Part shown: positions 51,481 through 63,310 of the stretch, in pieces
Position numbering within the stretch: position 1 is the first letter of the stretch
Layout of the letters: every line of letters starts with the position of its first letter
Assembly: GCA_030264375.1 (NCBI GenBank)
Contig: JASCQW010000032.1
Coordinates: 59,874,691 to 59,938,690, forward strand
DNA from: Carcharhinus longimanus
Taxonomy: Eukaryota
Reading direction: 5' to 3'
Length of the DNA: 64,000 nucleotides
Position numbers and translations under genes: made by a program
The notes under the pieces: model-generated
Database searches by the model: none
What the model was told of the DNA's origin: nothing
What the model saw: the letters and a program-made list of their open reading frames with translations, nothing else

Positions 51481-53989
51481 TTTCATTAGAGTCAATAGTA
51501 TGGTGAGCCAATCTGCATGAGCAGCTAAGTTACAAAGGATTCATAAGTGTACTTAAGAGGAAGTTAGATCAGCACATTAAGGAGCAAAAAATAGAAAGAT
51601 AGATTGATGCGGTCAGATGACAAGGTATATGTGGAACACACACACCAGCATAGAGGAGTTAGGTCAAATTGCCTATTTCTGACTCCTAGAATCTAGGGCT
51701 AAAAATTTGCCTGTTCCTGTTTTTGGGTCATCTGCCCAAGTCTAGTTCCTTTGAAGCAAACAGCCTGCCAACTTTGTGCTGTGTTCTTATTTGCATGATT
51801 ACAGTGTACACTTGAGCATGGCCAATACTGGCTGATCAACATGGGGCCAAGTGGCATGCAAGCCCAGCATGTGTTGTAACTAACCTCGTAAAGCCAACCT
51901 GTCCCTCTTAATGGGGAGCTGCATCCATTACTAAAATAGTTACCATTATCTGCTATGAAATTGTCTTCAATTGGAAGCCAGAAAAATGAAGCACCAGGAA
52001 AGAGAGAAGACATGCAGGTTAATGAATGCGGGCATTGGCTGAGCACTTTAAGAGATTTCCACAGTGAGTGGGGAGGGGGTGATGGTGGAGGTTGGCAGAG
52101 GAGGCACTCAAGAAAAAACCTTCAAATGGAACAGACGTAGATGGCCAAAGAGGTCATTCGGGAATTGGGTCTGGAGCATATAGAGCTAGTGACATAACAA
52201 GTTTAATGAACTCACATGGATGGCAAAAGTCAGGGAATTCATTCATAAAATACTCACTACACCATCAGCTCTCCATGTTGTTCAATGTACCATTCACCCA
52301 TCAGCAGTTCTTAGGCGTCAGGAAACAGGCTCAATATTCAAATGTCCCACCTTACTCTCACATGCCTCCTAATGATATCAGCCACATACTCACCCCTCAT
52401 AGCCTTCCCAGGCCTCCAACTATTCAACTATGGCAGACATATCAATCAAACACAATAATAGCATTCCTGATGTTCCACTCACTCTCCTGCAGGACAAAGA
52501 GGCACACAATTAAAGGGAGCAGAGCAGAACCAGTGCAGACAGCCATGTCTGTATCACCTAAGTACTAGGATGGAAATTGTGCTCTGTGCCATGGGACTGA
52601 CAGCAACAGAGCCTATTGCACCTAGCATTGCTGAGAATATTGAGGATGATGATATGCTCCTGCCTAATGTCTCTTATCAATTCCGACCCCTATTTCATTC
52701 TATTATCTGTAACAAAATGCCATCTACTTATGGTGTGACCTTGGACCCCTTGCTTTTCAGCAACCCCTTTCCTCGGGAAAATAGATGTTTCTGATTTTCT
52801 GCTTTACCCTTCTGATTTTCTGCTTTAATGTACCGAAGAATAGCCATTTGCCCATTCATAGTAGCCTCAGGGCAAGAGGAACACCACAATGAAGCATCTT
52901 TACTCAATCAAAACTCACAACCACCAGTTCAGATACTGACACTAAGCCATCCCTAGTAGGGTAGAGCAGAGTGGGGTAGCGTATAGTTCTATTACAGGGG
53001 ACTCAGATGAGGACCTCAATGGAGTGGCATTCAGGTGAAAACTGATGAACGTTCACTCTGTGATGCTTGGTGCATTGTTAGGCATGCCCGGAACCGTTCT
53101 ATTGCTGTCAGTGTATGGAGGACTTCAGCTCGAGTGTGATGCAGGGAATCACCCAGAACTTCAGATTATCCTTTCCACAGTGGAAGAGATTGCCAACTCC
53201 ATGACAACAATTTCAATTTCAGCAGTGATACAGCATCTGGTGGTCACTATTTCAGCTTTCAATACAGCTCAGGTGGAATCCATGCAACACTTGTGAAGTG
53301 CAGTGGAAGTTCAGATGGAAGACATGGGATTCATGGTTGATTCCAAACAGGTTCAGATTGCTGCTATGACGGCAATATCTCTCAGTGCTCAAAAAGGCAT
53401 ACAGTTCAAAATTTTCCCTCCAAGAGAAAAGGAGATTCACACTGGTGCGGCCAAGGGGAGTGGCATTGAAGTGTGCAGCATGAGCCTGCTATCCTCTATC
53501 AAGATGACAGCATTTGTGTTTCCTACACTGCCAGAACCTCTTGCTGTTGCCTCTCAACCTGACAGTTGCAATCCATGCCAAGGTGATGCAGTCTGAGGCC
53601 AGATCCTCAAGGCACAGAGCTGCATGAAAGGCTGTCTGGCCCCAGTGAAAGTCAATGGCTTTCTGCCAGCCATGCTGTAGCCACTAGGGTAGCATTACTT
53701 AGGAATACAAGGTTAGGCAAAAGCACCCACAACTGGCACTGAGATATACAGAGATGTATAGTTCATTTCTGTTTGTTCAATTGGATGTGTTTTTGTTTAA
53801 AGATGTTATGGAAAGGTTTTGGGTGTTGTCTTTTATTGCAGGAACTTGGCCAAAAAGATGATGTGACAGTGTGTCCCAGATGGCCCGGGAGATAGGGACT
53901 AATGCAGCCATGATGTTGAAGGGATGATCTCTGAAAGAGAGCGGAGTCTGAGCAGTCACTTCTGAAATGCAATGAGATGCAATACTGTA

Positions 53990-54170
53990 GGGAGGCAGTG
54001 GCATAGTGGTATTGTTGCTGAACTAGTAATCCAGAGATCTAGGTGAAACTCTGGGGCCCTGGTTCAAATCATGTGCTGGCAGTTGATGAAATTTGAGTTC
54101 AATAAAAGAAAATCTGGAATTAAAAGTTTAATTATTACCATGAAACCATTGTCAATTATCATGAATACTG
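53990..54170 (+). mobile_element. tRNA-derived SINE (second family), 5' part
   Basis: A-box TGGCATAGTGG, B-box GGTTCAAATC, followed by AAATCTGGAATTAAAAG...CCATGAAACCATTGTC. Confidence 0.75.
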
Positions 54171-54561
54171 ATCTAAAGAAAACAAAATCCCAGATGCTTC
54201 CTCCCTTCTATGTGGTCCCAGACTGCCTGGTGGCAATGGCTGTGCCTCACGATGGGGACGTTATGGAAGCTGCAACAGACCAACATGAACTTTTATATAT
54301 GTCTGAAGATGGTTACCCTACCATTCCTGCCTCTTCTCCATACATACGAGCATTGCTTTTCATCATATTCCCATTGTCCTTCAGTGGTCAGCTGACAGAG
54401 GAGTAGATCCCTTTCCTCTGGTTTTTCTTAGCCTGTGGATGATGGGAATAGCAGGTTGATTCAGGATGAGTGCATTGTGACTGCTGTTAGGAAAGCTGGC
54501 ATTCACTGACGTAATGGTTTGTGCATGGTTACACAACAAACCTTGGTGTGATGCTGCTGGC

Positions 54562-54905
54562 CAGCGTGGTGGCACAGTGGTTAGCATTGCTGCTTCACAG
54601 CGTTGAGGAGTCAGATTCAATTCCAGCCTTGAGTGATTGCCTGTGTGGAATTTGCATGTTTTCTCCGTGTCTGCGTGGGCTTCCCCTGGGTGATCTGCTT
54701 TCTTCCATCAGTTCAAAGATGTGCAGGTTAGGTGGATTGGCTGTGCTAAATTGCAGCTCAGTGTCCCAATTTGTGCAGGAGGATTAGTGGGGTAAATATG
54801 TAATGTTACAGAATAGGGACTAGGTAGGACAGTCTGTCCGAGTCTGTGCAGACTTGATGGGTTGAATGGCCTCCTTCTGTACTGGAGAGATATTATGATT
54901 CTATG
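54562..54905 (+). mobile_element. HE1/V-SINE-like SINE
   Basis: Colinear with 47795-48092 (GGTGGCACAGTGGTTAGC...ATGGCCTCCTTCTGTACTG). Confidence 0.9.
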
Positions 54906-55789
54906 CTCCTGTAACAACCTCTTTGTTGAACCTGACGTGCCTGAGAAGGTTCCTAGGTGAGACTGAGGTAGAAGTGCTTCTTCAGCTTCTTGGTTGGTAC
55001 TGCTTTCTTCCTCCTTCTCCTCCCTCTGAACAGAATTTGCTCTCTCCAGAGCTTTCACTCCAGTAGCCTGTGATGTTGCAGCCCCAGAACAACTGCAACT
55101 ATAGCTCCCATACCAATTACAGACTATGAGCAAATGACTACATCTTCTGCCCTTTCTGTATGGATGCACCAACTCACCAGAGCAATCAACACTTCGCAGT
55201 ACTTGCACAAACTTTTGAAAAAGAGGAATGAAAAGCACTTCACCTACTTGTTGGAAGGCTGACTCTATTGGGAGAGTGTCCCTAGTGCAGCTGAACCCAT
55301 GTCCAGCTGAGAATGATCAGTCCAGGTGTTCATTTTACCTGCTCAGTCCAATCAACTGTGTGTCCAATCAGTAGGGAACACAGCTAATTTTTACAAGATT
55401 GAGCACTCCTGAGACATCAGGTGCATGCAAGGCACACCTGCACTAATGCCCCTCCAAGCATGGGACACTGCACGGGCTACACCAAAAGTGGGTGGGAGTG
55501 CTGCACCATTTTGTGAACTTGGGGCATCCATCACATTGGCACCAGTGGTGCTACAGATCCCAATTTAATGAGCACTGTAAAAATTTTTATTGAGTTTAAG
55601 TTGATTTGAAAATGGTGGGCTTGGCTGAAGTAAAATTACATTGTACTCAGTCACCAATCCCAAAAAGATCATGTACCTCCAGATAATAGATTACTTCTCA
55701 TGTCATAAATCACAGATCTAAAACTGGTGAAATGCTTAAAAAATCATTTTAATATTATAATAAAACAAATATTGGATGCAGTTTTAGCT

Positions 55790-56165
55790 ATAATTGGTTG
55801 TGTGGCTGACAATAGCCTTCATTTACAGTCAATATTTGAGTATTAGTCCCACACCTCATTTTGTTTACTGCAACCTTAGCGAATCTCGCTGGGACAATGC
55901 AGGCGGCAATCAATTAAACCTGAACCTCAACAGGTTGGGGCGAAATAATTAGTCAGGTACCTTTTATTAAATCAATGTAAACTTTCAAGATTGTAAAGAT
56001 ATGAAACGGCATTTTAATTAGTTTAAATATTTATCAATTAAATAATTTCAAGCAAATTATAATCAAAAGGTTAATAGCCAGGGCTTGCTTGATTCATTAA
56101 TACAGTTTTTACATGAACTCAATTAAACGATAATGCGGTTAATACTAAAAGTATTAGACACTAGA
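55790..56165. promoter_or_regulatory. Candidate conserved non-coding element / distal en1 enhancer
   Basis: Dense TAAT/ATTA and ATCAAT motifs with locally retained CpGs in a CpG-poor flank. Confidence 0.5.
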
Positions 56166-57202
56166 AAAGCAGAGGACTACTTCTAATGATAATAATTCAA
56201 TTTTCAGGAAATTCTAGTTAAGCCTAGCCTAAAATGTATGAAATAAATATTGATTTTCACAGAAGCATGGGGGGATTATTAATGTTAGACTACTCAGATT
56301 TAGTTTTCAGTTGTAAGACAAGCTGAAACTGGAAGAACAAGATTTTAAACACTCTATCATATTTTGTAAGATCATTTTAAAAGACAAGGATTAAGATGAA
56401 GCATTTTGTTCAGACTTGTTATAGACTGAAACCATCAAATGTTATCTTACATATTTATATTAACCAGCATTATATGAAAAGATTATCTCTATATAAATGC
56501 ACACATCAGGTATTTCATTGCTTATATCTGCTGACTAATTTGGATCAAGTATGCATGTGTTAAACATATTTGAAATACGTGTCACATAAGAGACTTCAGA
56601 ATGGAAGAATTTAACACAGTGCATGAAATTATTTGTTGCTTGGCTGCTGAAAATGTAATTGAGCTCAAAATGATGTAAAGCAACTTGACAATAAATGAAG
56701 TGCTTTACTGAAGAAAGAGAAACTTAATTCAGAATATTTACTTTCTAAATCAGTAGCTTGATGATATACAATTGGAGATAAAATCCTGCAAATTTATTTT
56801 AAATGGTGTAGTGCTACATCATCCAATTGAATGGAAGGACCGGCTTAAGGGGTTGCGTGGCCTACTCTTGTTCCAATGTTTTTACAGACCAACTGGCTGC
56901 TCCTGTAATCCTGGACGCCAGCCCTTCTGGCAGGCATTTCTCCAGAATTCCTATTGATTTGTGAACACAGAACAGTAGGCATCTATAAATCTTGGAATGC
57001 CGTCCTTATGGCATGTAACCTTTCTTTCAGTCGGTTGAGGCGAACCACAAATTAATCTTGTGTCCCAAAATTTGTTGTGGAAGTAAGTATCCCCCATAAC
57101 ATATGTGTTTGCAGCAAATGTTGCAATATGCTGAATGGTGGACTGCAAATAGACAACTACTGCTCCATTGCTACATATGTGAAAATCTTATGTGAAGAGC
57201 TT

Positions 57203-57497
57203 AATCTGAAGGAGAGTCATGTGGACTCAAAATGTTAACTCTGTTTCTCTCTGTAGGTGTTGCCAGGCTTGCTGAGTTTTCTTGCATTTTCTGTTTTTAT
57301 TTCCTTTGTTCTTCTTGCTCCATCCCCCCTTCCACTGGTTAACATTTCTATCTTTCTTCAGCTCTAATGAAAGTTCATTGGTCTGAAAAATTAACTCTGT
57401 TTCTCTTTCCGCAAATGCTGCCAGACCTGCTGAGTTTTCCCAGCACTTTTTCTTCTGATTTCAGATTTCCAGCATCTGAAGAATTTTGCTTTTGTAC
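57203..57497 (+). mobile_element. Penelope-like tandem pseudo-LTR pair with decayed hammerhead motifs
   Basis: Two diverged copies (TTAACTCTGTTTCTCT...TGCCAG...TGCTGAGTTTTC) ~157 bp apart, each preceded by a degenerate CTGANGA...GAAA. Confidence 0.7.
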
Positions 57498-57499
57498 GA

Positions 57500-58610
57500 C
57501 TCCAGAGGGCTCAAGAACCCAGAAGCAGTGCTACAAGAAGTCTAATGACCTAATGTGGACAGTCAACTTTGATCAATGCATCTTCATATGATATTCCCTA
57601 CCACTCACAACATAAGTCTTCTACTCTTTCCAGTGCACTGCACTCCCCTTGACACTCAGGACTCCACTTCAGTCTCACACAATGGTGCCAGTCCCACATC
57701 TACCTCTCACTTGCTCCATATACCTTCAGTAATGGAAGGCACATCAACCAAACACAGTGCAATTGTTGACATTCTTCCGTCTCTCTTATAGGACAAGGTT
57801 GCACACAATAGAAGGGAGCAGAAAAGATCTGCTGGAGTGCATCTACGGCTCCTGAGCCCTGCTGAGGACATGCTTCTCCGCATAATAGAGCAAGCTAGAA
57901 TGTGCTATCCAGAATCACTGAGAACATTGAGGATGACAGTGTGTCCTTGCCTCATCCCCTCTCTCAAATCCCTGCTGATTGATAGATTCTTGGTAAGCCA
58001 GGAGGTGAAAGGTTATCGGCAGGATGCCAACATCAGCTTAACGCCATGATCTTATTAAATAGTGGAGCAGGCTCGAAGGGCTGAATGGCCTCCTCCTGCT
58101 CCTTGTTCATATGTTCAGCTTCACCTGCTATCTGGTATGACAAGCAAGCTGCTGATGGCATGATCGTGGACTTTTTGCTTCCTGCCCATTTTTCTTTACA
58201 CCAACCTTCTCCTTTTCAGCTTTTGCTTTCAGACACCCAAGGACTGTCACCTGTCCAGCCAGGCCCACAAGAAGGAAAGAAGGCAGCAGCTCAGCATTAA
58301 TGAAGAGATTCTGTCACTTCATCTGACACCCATTGTTGCCAGCTCTGCACGTGCCTTAGAGGTGGGTATAGAGTTGCTATTGTGAGCCATTTGGACAAGA
58401 CTGTAGTCAGGCCAGTGGCAAAGTATGGTTTGTTTGCCAGGGCTGCAGAGGACTCAACAGAGAACCTTGATGGGTGGCATACTAGAGAGCGCTGAAGGGA
58501 CGGGCATACTGAATACTATGTACATTTAACTGGCCTGCCAGACAGTCTCCTGTCACTGATACAGAGCACAGAGGAGTCACTTCTGCAGATAAATGCACAG
58601 GCCATGCAGA
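57500..58610 (+). mobile_element. Second decayed Harbinger Myb/SANT-like gene remnant
   Basis: RTQKQCYKKSNDLMWTV, then after AG at 57790-57791 DKVAHNRREQKRSAG...LLSPAED, later LTGLPDSLLSLIQSTEES. Confidence 0.6.
57975..58117 (+). mobile_element. CR1-like 3' tail insertion
   Basis: GCCATGATCTTATT...GGAGCAGGCTCGAAGGGCTGAATGGCCTCCTCCTGCTCC, similar to 2178-2240. Confidence 0.85.
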
Positions 58611-60164
58611 AACCACAGGGGCACCACTACTTAGAGTGGTGTAAAGCTCTGTAGTATGTGAGGCAATATCTTGCCCATAATCTTAATGTTTTGAGATGTT
58701 TAACAAGTTTTTTTTTCTCTCAATGATTGGTTTCTTGATAGTTTCTGTCATCAGAAAAAGCCAGCATAAACTGGATAAATGGAAAGATTCTTGCATCAAA
58801 ATAAGTGAAGGCACGATTGGGAGGAGGCCATACAGGAACTGGTAATTACCATCAGTGTACGATGTAGTTGGAAGTTGTGCTCATCCCAATTTCGCATTCA
58901 GGTTTATAAAGCCTATCTTTATTGTGGTTCCAGCAACAGTCTCTTTAAGGACTAATGGTTAGGCTACCTCAATTCTCTGAGTGTTCCTAGCCTGGGCCAA
59001 TCAAATTCAGTGCAAACTAATTTGGGGGCATGAATCCCTCCTTTGGCAAGGTTAATGATGCCTCTTTTGATGTTTATGTCGATATGGCAGGCATTGCGCT
59101 TTCAGCTCAGAATGTGCACACAGTTAATGCAGTTGTTCCAATTTGGCATCTTTAACATGGGTACAACATCATTGAATTTCCAGATCACAGTACTTGTTAT
59201 GAGGCAGAAACAATTTTTTTGTTGCATGCTCTTGCTGAGCTACAAATAACAATGATTAATAATTACTCTACTTATAATAACCTGCTCATTGGATTTGACA
59301 TAGTTTAATGTTACATCACATATGGTTTTCTGCAATAGATATCAAACACAGATTAGTGTGCTGAGTAATTAGCTACTTACAAGTAAATAGAAAGATGAGA
59401 CTCATAAGATTTGGAAACTGTAACAAGCTTAGAGTAATATTAAACAGAAATACGATGTGAAACTCCGTAATGGATCAGATATCCTTTGAAGATTTAAACT
59501 ATGTTTCTAATAAATGCAGGAGGAAGTTTCAGTTCAATGTAGATTTCCAACTGTTTGCATTTGATATTAGTTTTGGTATTGACATAACAGTTTGATTTGC
59601 AATGTGGTATATGTAACATACTATATAAGTCGGCCTTTGAGACCTTGAAAAACCGCTGCAAAAACAGGAGTCAACATGATTGCTGTGAATAAAATGGGAA
59701 CTGGTGTCATTGTAGGTGGTCACTACTTTGAAATATGAAAAAAGCAACACCAGTATTTCAAATTAAATCAATGTGACATGTATCAATGAATTAATTAATT
59801 CTACAAGAATATCTTTAATTACAATCAAATGATTTAAAAACCATCAAATTCATTGTCTTCGGCATCCAATGCAGAGTTTATCAAATTCACCATGAGTTAT
59901 TTCAGCTGTGACATCATTGTAAAGATCTACTCTGGATCAAGTCTGGCACTTCTGGTTCAGAACCTTTCCTGCATGACAAATCATTTTCCTTCCCATCCAC
60001 TGAATTGGTTGTTCTGCATTTTTTGAATAATCTGATGACAGTTTGTCCATTAATATTACCCCACAATTTGATGATGAAACCACACAATAAATCAAGCTGG
60101 CAGCACACACATTTTCACACTTTGTGGTGGTTTTTCTCTGTCAACCATTCAGCAAGAACATAAT

Positions 60165-60960
60165 CTTTGCATGGCTTGTTGAGGAAAACATCCAAACATT
60201 GAACTTGGACATTAGATCCCTTGGTATAACTGCAATCTGCTGTTATTCCTTTGCAGGCATCACTTGATCTCATTGGCTATATGGGAACATGTCCCACACC
60301 AATAAACTGCATTCTTCAGGTAGGCTGCCAGGACACCCATTTCACACTTCATCGATCCACAGCTTCATGTCATTCTCATTCATCCAAATGTTATCATGGA
60401 TATAAGCAAAAATTCCAGCAGAAAATGTGATTTTCCACTTTAAAATTACCATAGGCTTTAGTTTTGTTCCATTGGCCATTAAGGCTAATGCCACTGTGAA
60501 TCTTGTCTTCTTATGTTCTGTGGTTTTCATTGGAACTGTTTTCAAACCTTTCAGTTTCTAGGCATATCAAAATTCATGGGCCTTTCAACTATGATGGCGA
60601 TGTGACTTAATGGGTAATCATGTTTTTGCCACTATCTGATGATGGATTGCTGAGAACTGATAATTTTTGCAAGGAGGTCTTTTAATGGTCTCTGAGTGAT
60701 CTTGGTCTCCTCCCATAACACCAGACCATTTTTTTCCATGAAATGGTTACATCAAATAGTTGTCACTCTGAAATCTTTGCTAGTCTCAGAGTTTGATTTG
60801 GCCCATTTAAGTGAGCATGTAGACCTTGTATTTCTGGTGTCAATGTAACCATTCCAACAGTTTTCGAGGACCCCATTCCTCTCAAGATCAGGTAATAGCT
60901 GGTACCTCTTCTCATGGCTCATTTTGTTTTGGGAATCTAGAATGAATATCTTCTTCCTCC
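60165..60960 (-). pseudogene. pogo/Tigger-family (DDE_1) transposase remnant
   Basis: Minus-strand peptides CNHFMEKNGLVL..TKITQ, KTTEHKKTRFTVALALMANGTKLKPMVI...WMNENDMKLWIDEV, LLVWDMF, IAVIP; stops and frameshifts. Confidence 0.85.
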
Positions 60961-61814
60961 ATCGTCACACCAGTCTTATACACTAAGTATGTGCCTAAAC
61001 AAGAATTGTTTAGAGTTGTCTTCTAAGCTGGGTTGATCTATACCTTTCAGTAAAGAGTAACTTATACATAGAAAATGGATTGCAATACTTTTGAGGGCAT
61101 GCCTGAATCTTGGCAAAACTCCAGTGCTGTCTCCAATAATGCACAGAGTTCTATTTAACCACTCAATTCTTTTGAAGTCAGACAAATTTCATAAATGTAA
61201 TTAATAAATACCAGATGCATAAATAGATAAATATGTACACATGGAAGCAAGGAAGCCACACAATACTTAAGTATGGATGAGTCACAACTTTCTCTGGACA
61301 AATATTTGGAAAAAGTTAATATCATTAGTATCAACTCCTGCCACAAACTGTTCTCCCTCAGCACTTAGCATCTTCCATTCTGGCCATCTGATCAGGTTGA
61401 GTCAAGCTGTGTGAATCCTGGCTGTCATGTTCATCTGGAGCTAAGCTTCAAATCCCACAACCTGTTCATCACCCTGACTGCCTATTTCGCTTTTGCATTG
61501 TCTTCTTGGTAGATCAGTTATCAGTTGTGCCATCTTTTGAAATATTTGTCCACACTTTTGTAACCATTAGACTACATTATTCCAATGCGCTCTGTCAACC
61601 ACCATGCACCATGAACTCCAAATCCAATTGCCATATTCTATCCCATGCTCAACTTTATATGCTATTATTCCATTCTTGCTGAGCTACTTCCTGCTGTCCA
61701 AACAATTATATCCAAAATTGCTAACCTTATTCTTTAATTCCTCCACAACTTGCATTTACTTTATGCTACTTCAGCTTTATATTACTTCCCATACCTGTGG
61801 GTCACCGTTTTTAA

Positions 61815-62108
61815 TGTTTATTTATTAGTGTCACAAGTAGGCTTACGTTNNNNNNNNNNNNNNNNNNNNNNNNNNNNNNNNNNNNNNNNNNNNNNNNNNN
61901 NNNNNNNNNNNNNNNNNNNNNNNNNNNNNNNNNNNNNNNNNNNNNNNNNNNNNNNNNNNNNNNNNNNNNNNNNNNNNNNNNNAACCGAAGGACATGCAGG
62001 CACAGCAAGGATGTGCAGATTCTGTATAGACAGTAATCCAAGCTGGGAATCACACTCAGGTCCCTAGTGCTGTGATGCAACTGTGCTAACCACAGGACCA
62101 CCATGCTG
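61815..62108 (-). mobile_element. tRNA-derived SINE (spans N-gap)
   Basis: Minus-strand head GGTGGTCCTGTGGTTAGCACAG and tail AAGCCTACTTGTGACACTAATAAATAAA. Confidence 0.8.
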
Positions 62109-62194
62109 CCTGTGCACTCCCTTCTCTCTTTACTCCACTACTGATGTCAAAACTTTTTTTTACCTCAGTCTTAATTCTTAAAAATTCTACCCTG

Positions 62195-63310
62195 AAAACA
62201 ATAAAATCACAAAGGCTATTCAGCCTTTGTGCCTATTCTGTCATTCAATCTTATTCTTAATTTTATCCACATACCTTGGCTCCAATTCCATTTGTTCCCT
62301 TGGAGAGCAAAAACCAACTGCTCTTAGAATCAGAATTACTAATTGAGCTTGTATCTATTGCTGTTGGTGCTAAACAGTTCCACACTTCTATTATGAAGGT
62401 ATATTTCCTTTTTCTCTCCTGAATATTCTGGACCTCATCTTAATATTATGTCCTCTTATCTCATCTTCCTTATCAACAGAGAAAGTTTATTTCTATTACT
62501 TCTTTCAAGATCTTAAAAATATCAATCAACTCACCACTTAACCTTTTACTTTCCAGGAAATACAAGCTTAGATTACATAATTGCTTCATTATTTTAACCC
62601 TTCATGCCGTTGTAATGTTTTGCTGAATCTATGCTTCATTCCTTGCTAAAGCCAATATATCCTGTCTAAAGTGCAGTGCCAAGAACTGCACACAGTACCC
62701 CTTATGGAGTGTTATTATTGCTTTGTATAGCTGTAGCAAATTGCCCTCCTCTTTATATTCTAACCTTTTAGATATAAAGGATAATATATAATTCATCATT
62801 TTGATTATTTTTGTACTTGGCCACTACAGTTTAACAATCTGTGTACATAGACTGCTAAATCTCTTCAGACCTACATTGTTCCTAACTTTTCAGGATTTAA
62901 TTAAATACTCAGACCCATCCATTTTTGGTCCAAAATGTATAACCTCACACTTATCAGAGTTGAAATTCATCTATCACATTTTTGTCCACTCACTTAATCT
63001 ATCAATGTCTCTTTGTAGTTGTATGCCCCCATCTGCCTTACTTACTCTGCCACATACTTGTGTGATCAGCAAACTTTGATATATGGCTCTCCACTGTGTT
63101 ATCTAAGTCATCAATAAATATAGCCCCAGCACAGATTCTCGTGAGGGAGCACCAGTCATATCCTTTGAATTTGAGCACATAATATTATCCCTGCTCTCTA
63201 TCTTCTACTGCTTAACCAATCTCCTGTTCCTCCTAATTTACCTGTAATTCCATTGGCTTTAATTTCAGCCAACTATCTCTTATCTGCAACTGTATCAAAC
63301 ATCTATTTTC
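62195..63310 (-). mobile_element. Decayed CR1-like LINE 3' portion
   Basis: Reverse ORF2-like sequence (GTGCCAAGAACTGCACACAGTAC; GTGTGATCAGCAAACTT reads KFADH on the minus strand). Confidence 0.75.

Larger units (their letters stand above)
50690..51692 (+). mobile_element. CR1-like 3' fragment interrupted by DeuSINE-like and Penelope-like pieces
   Basis: ORF2 C-terminal-like sequence at 50725-50960 and a 3' tail at 51530-51690. Confidence 0.65.
51696..55578 (+). mobile_element. Decayed Harbinger-like transposon with Myb/SANT-like gene remnants (hosts two SINEs)
   Basis: Starts GGGCTAAAAATT; peptides (Q)(C)HNKFNELTWMAK|GT...AG|DKEAHN*REQSRT and MLGALLGMPG; right boundary uncertain. Confidence 0.55.

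Noticed and set aside
52789-52827. 18-bp tandem duplication (similar case at 44306-44349)
   Set aside because: Local slippage inside decayed transposons; only two units, not an array or CRISPR
54708-55238. 176-aa minus-strand ORF
   Set aside because: Spans a SINE and a decayed transposon and has no coherent domain
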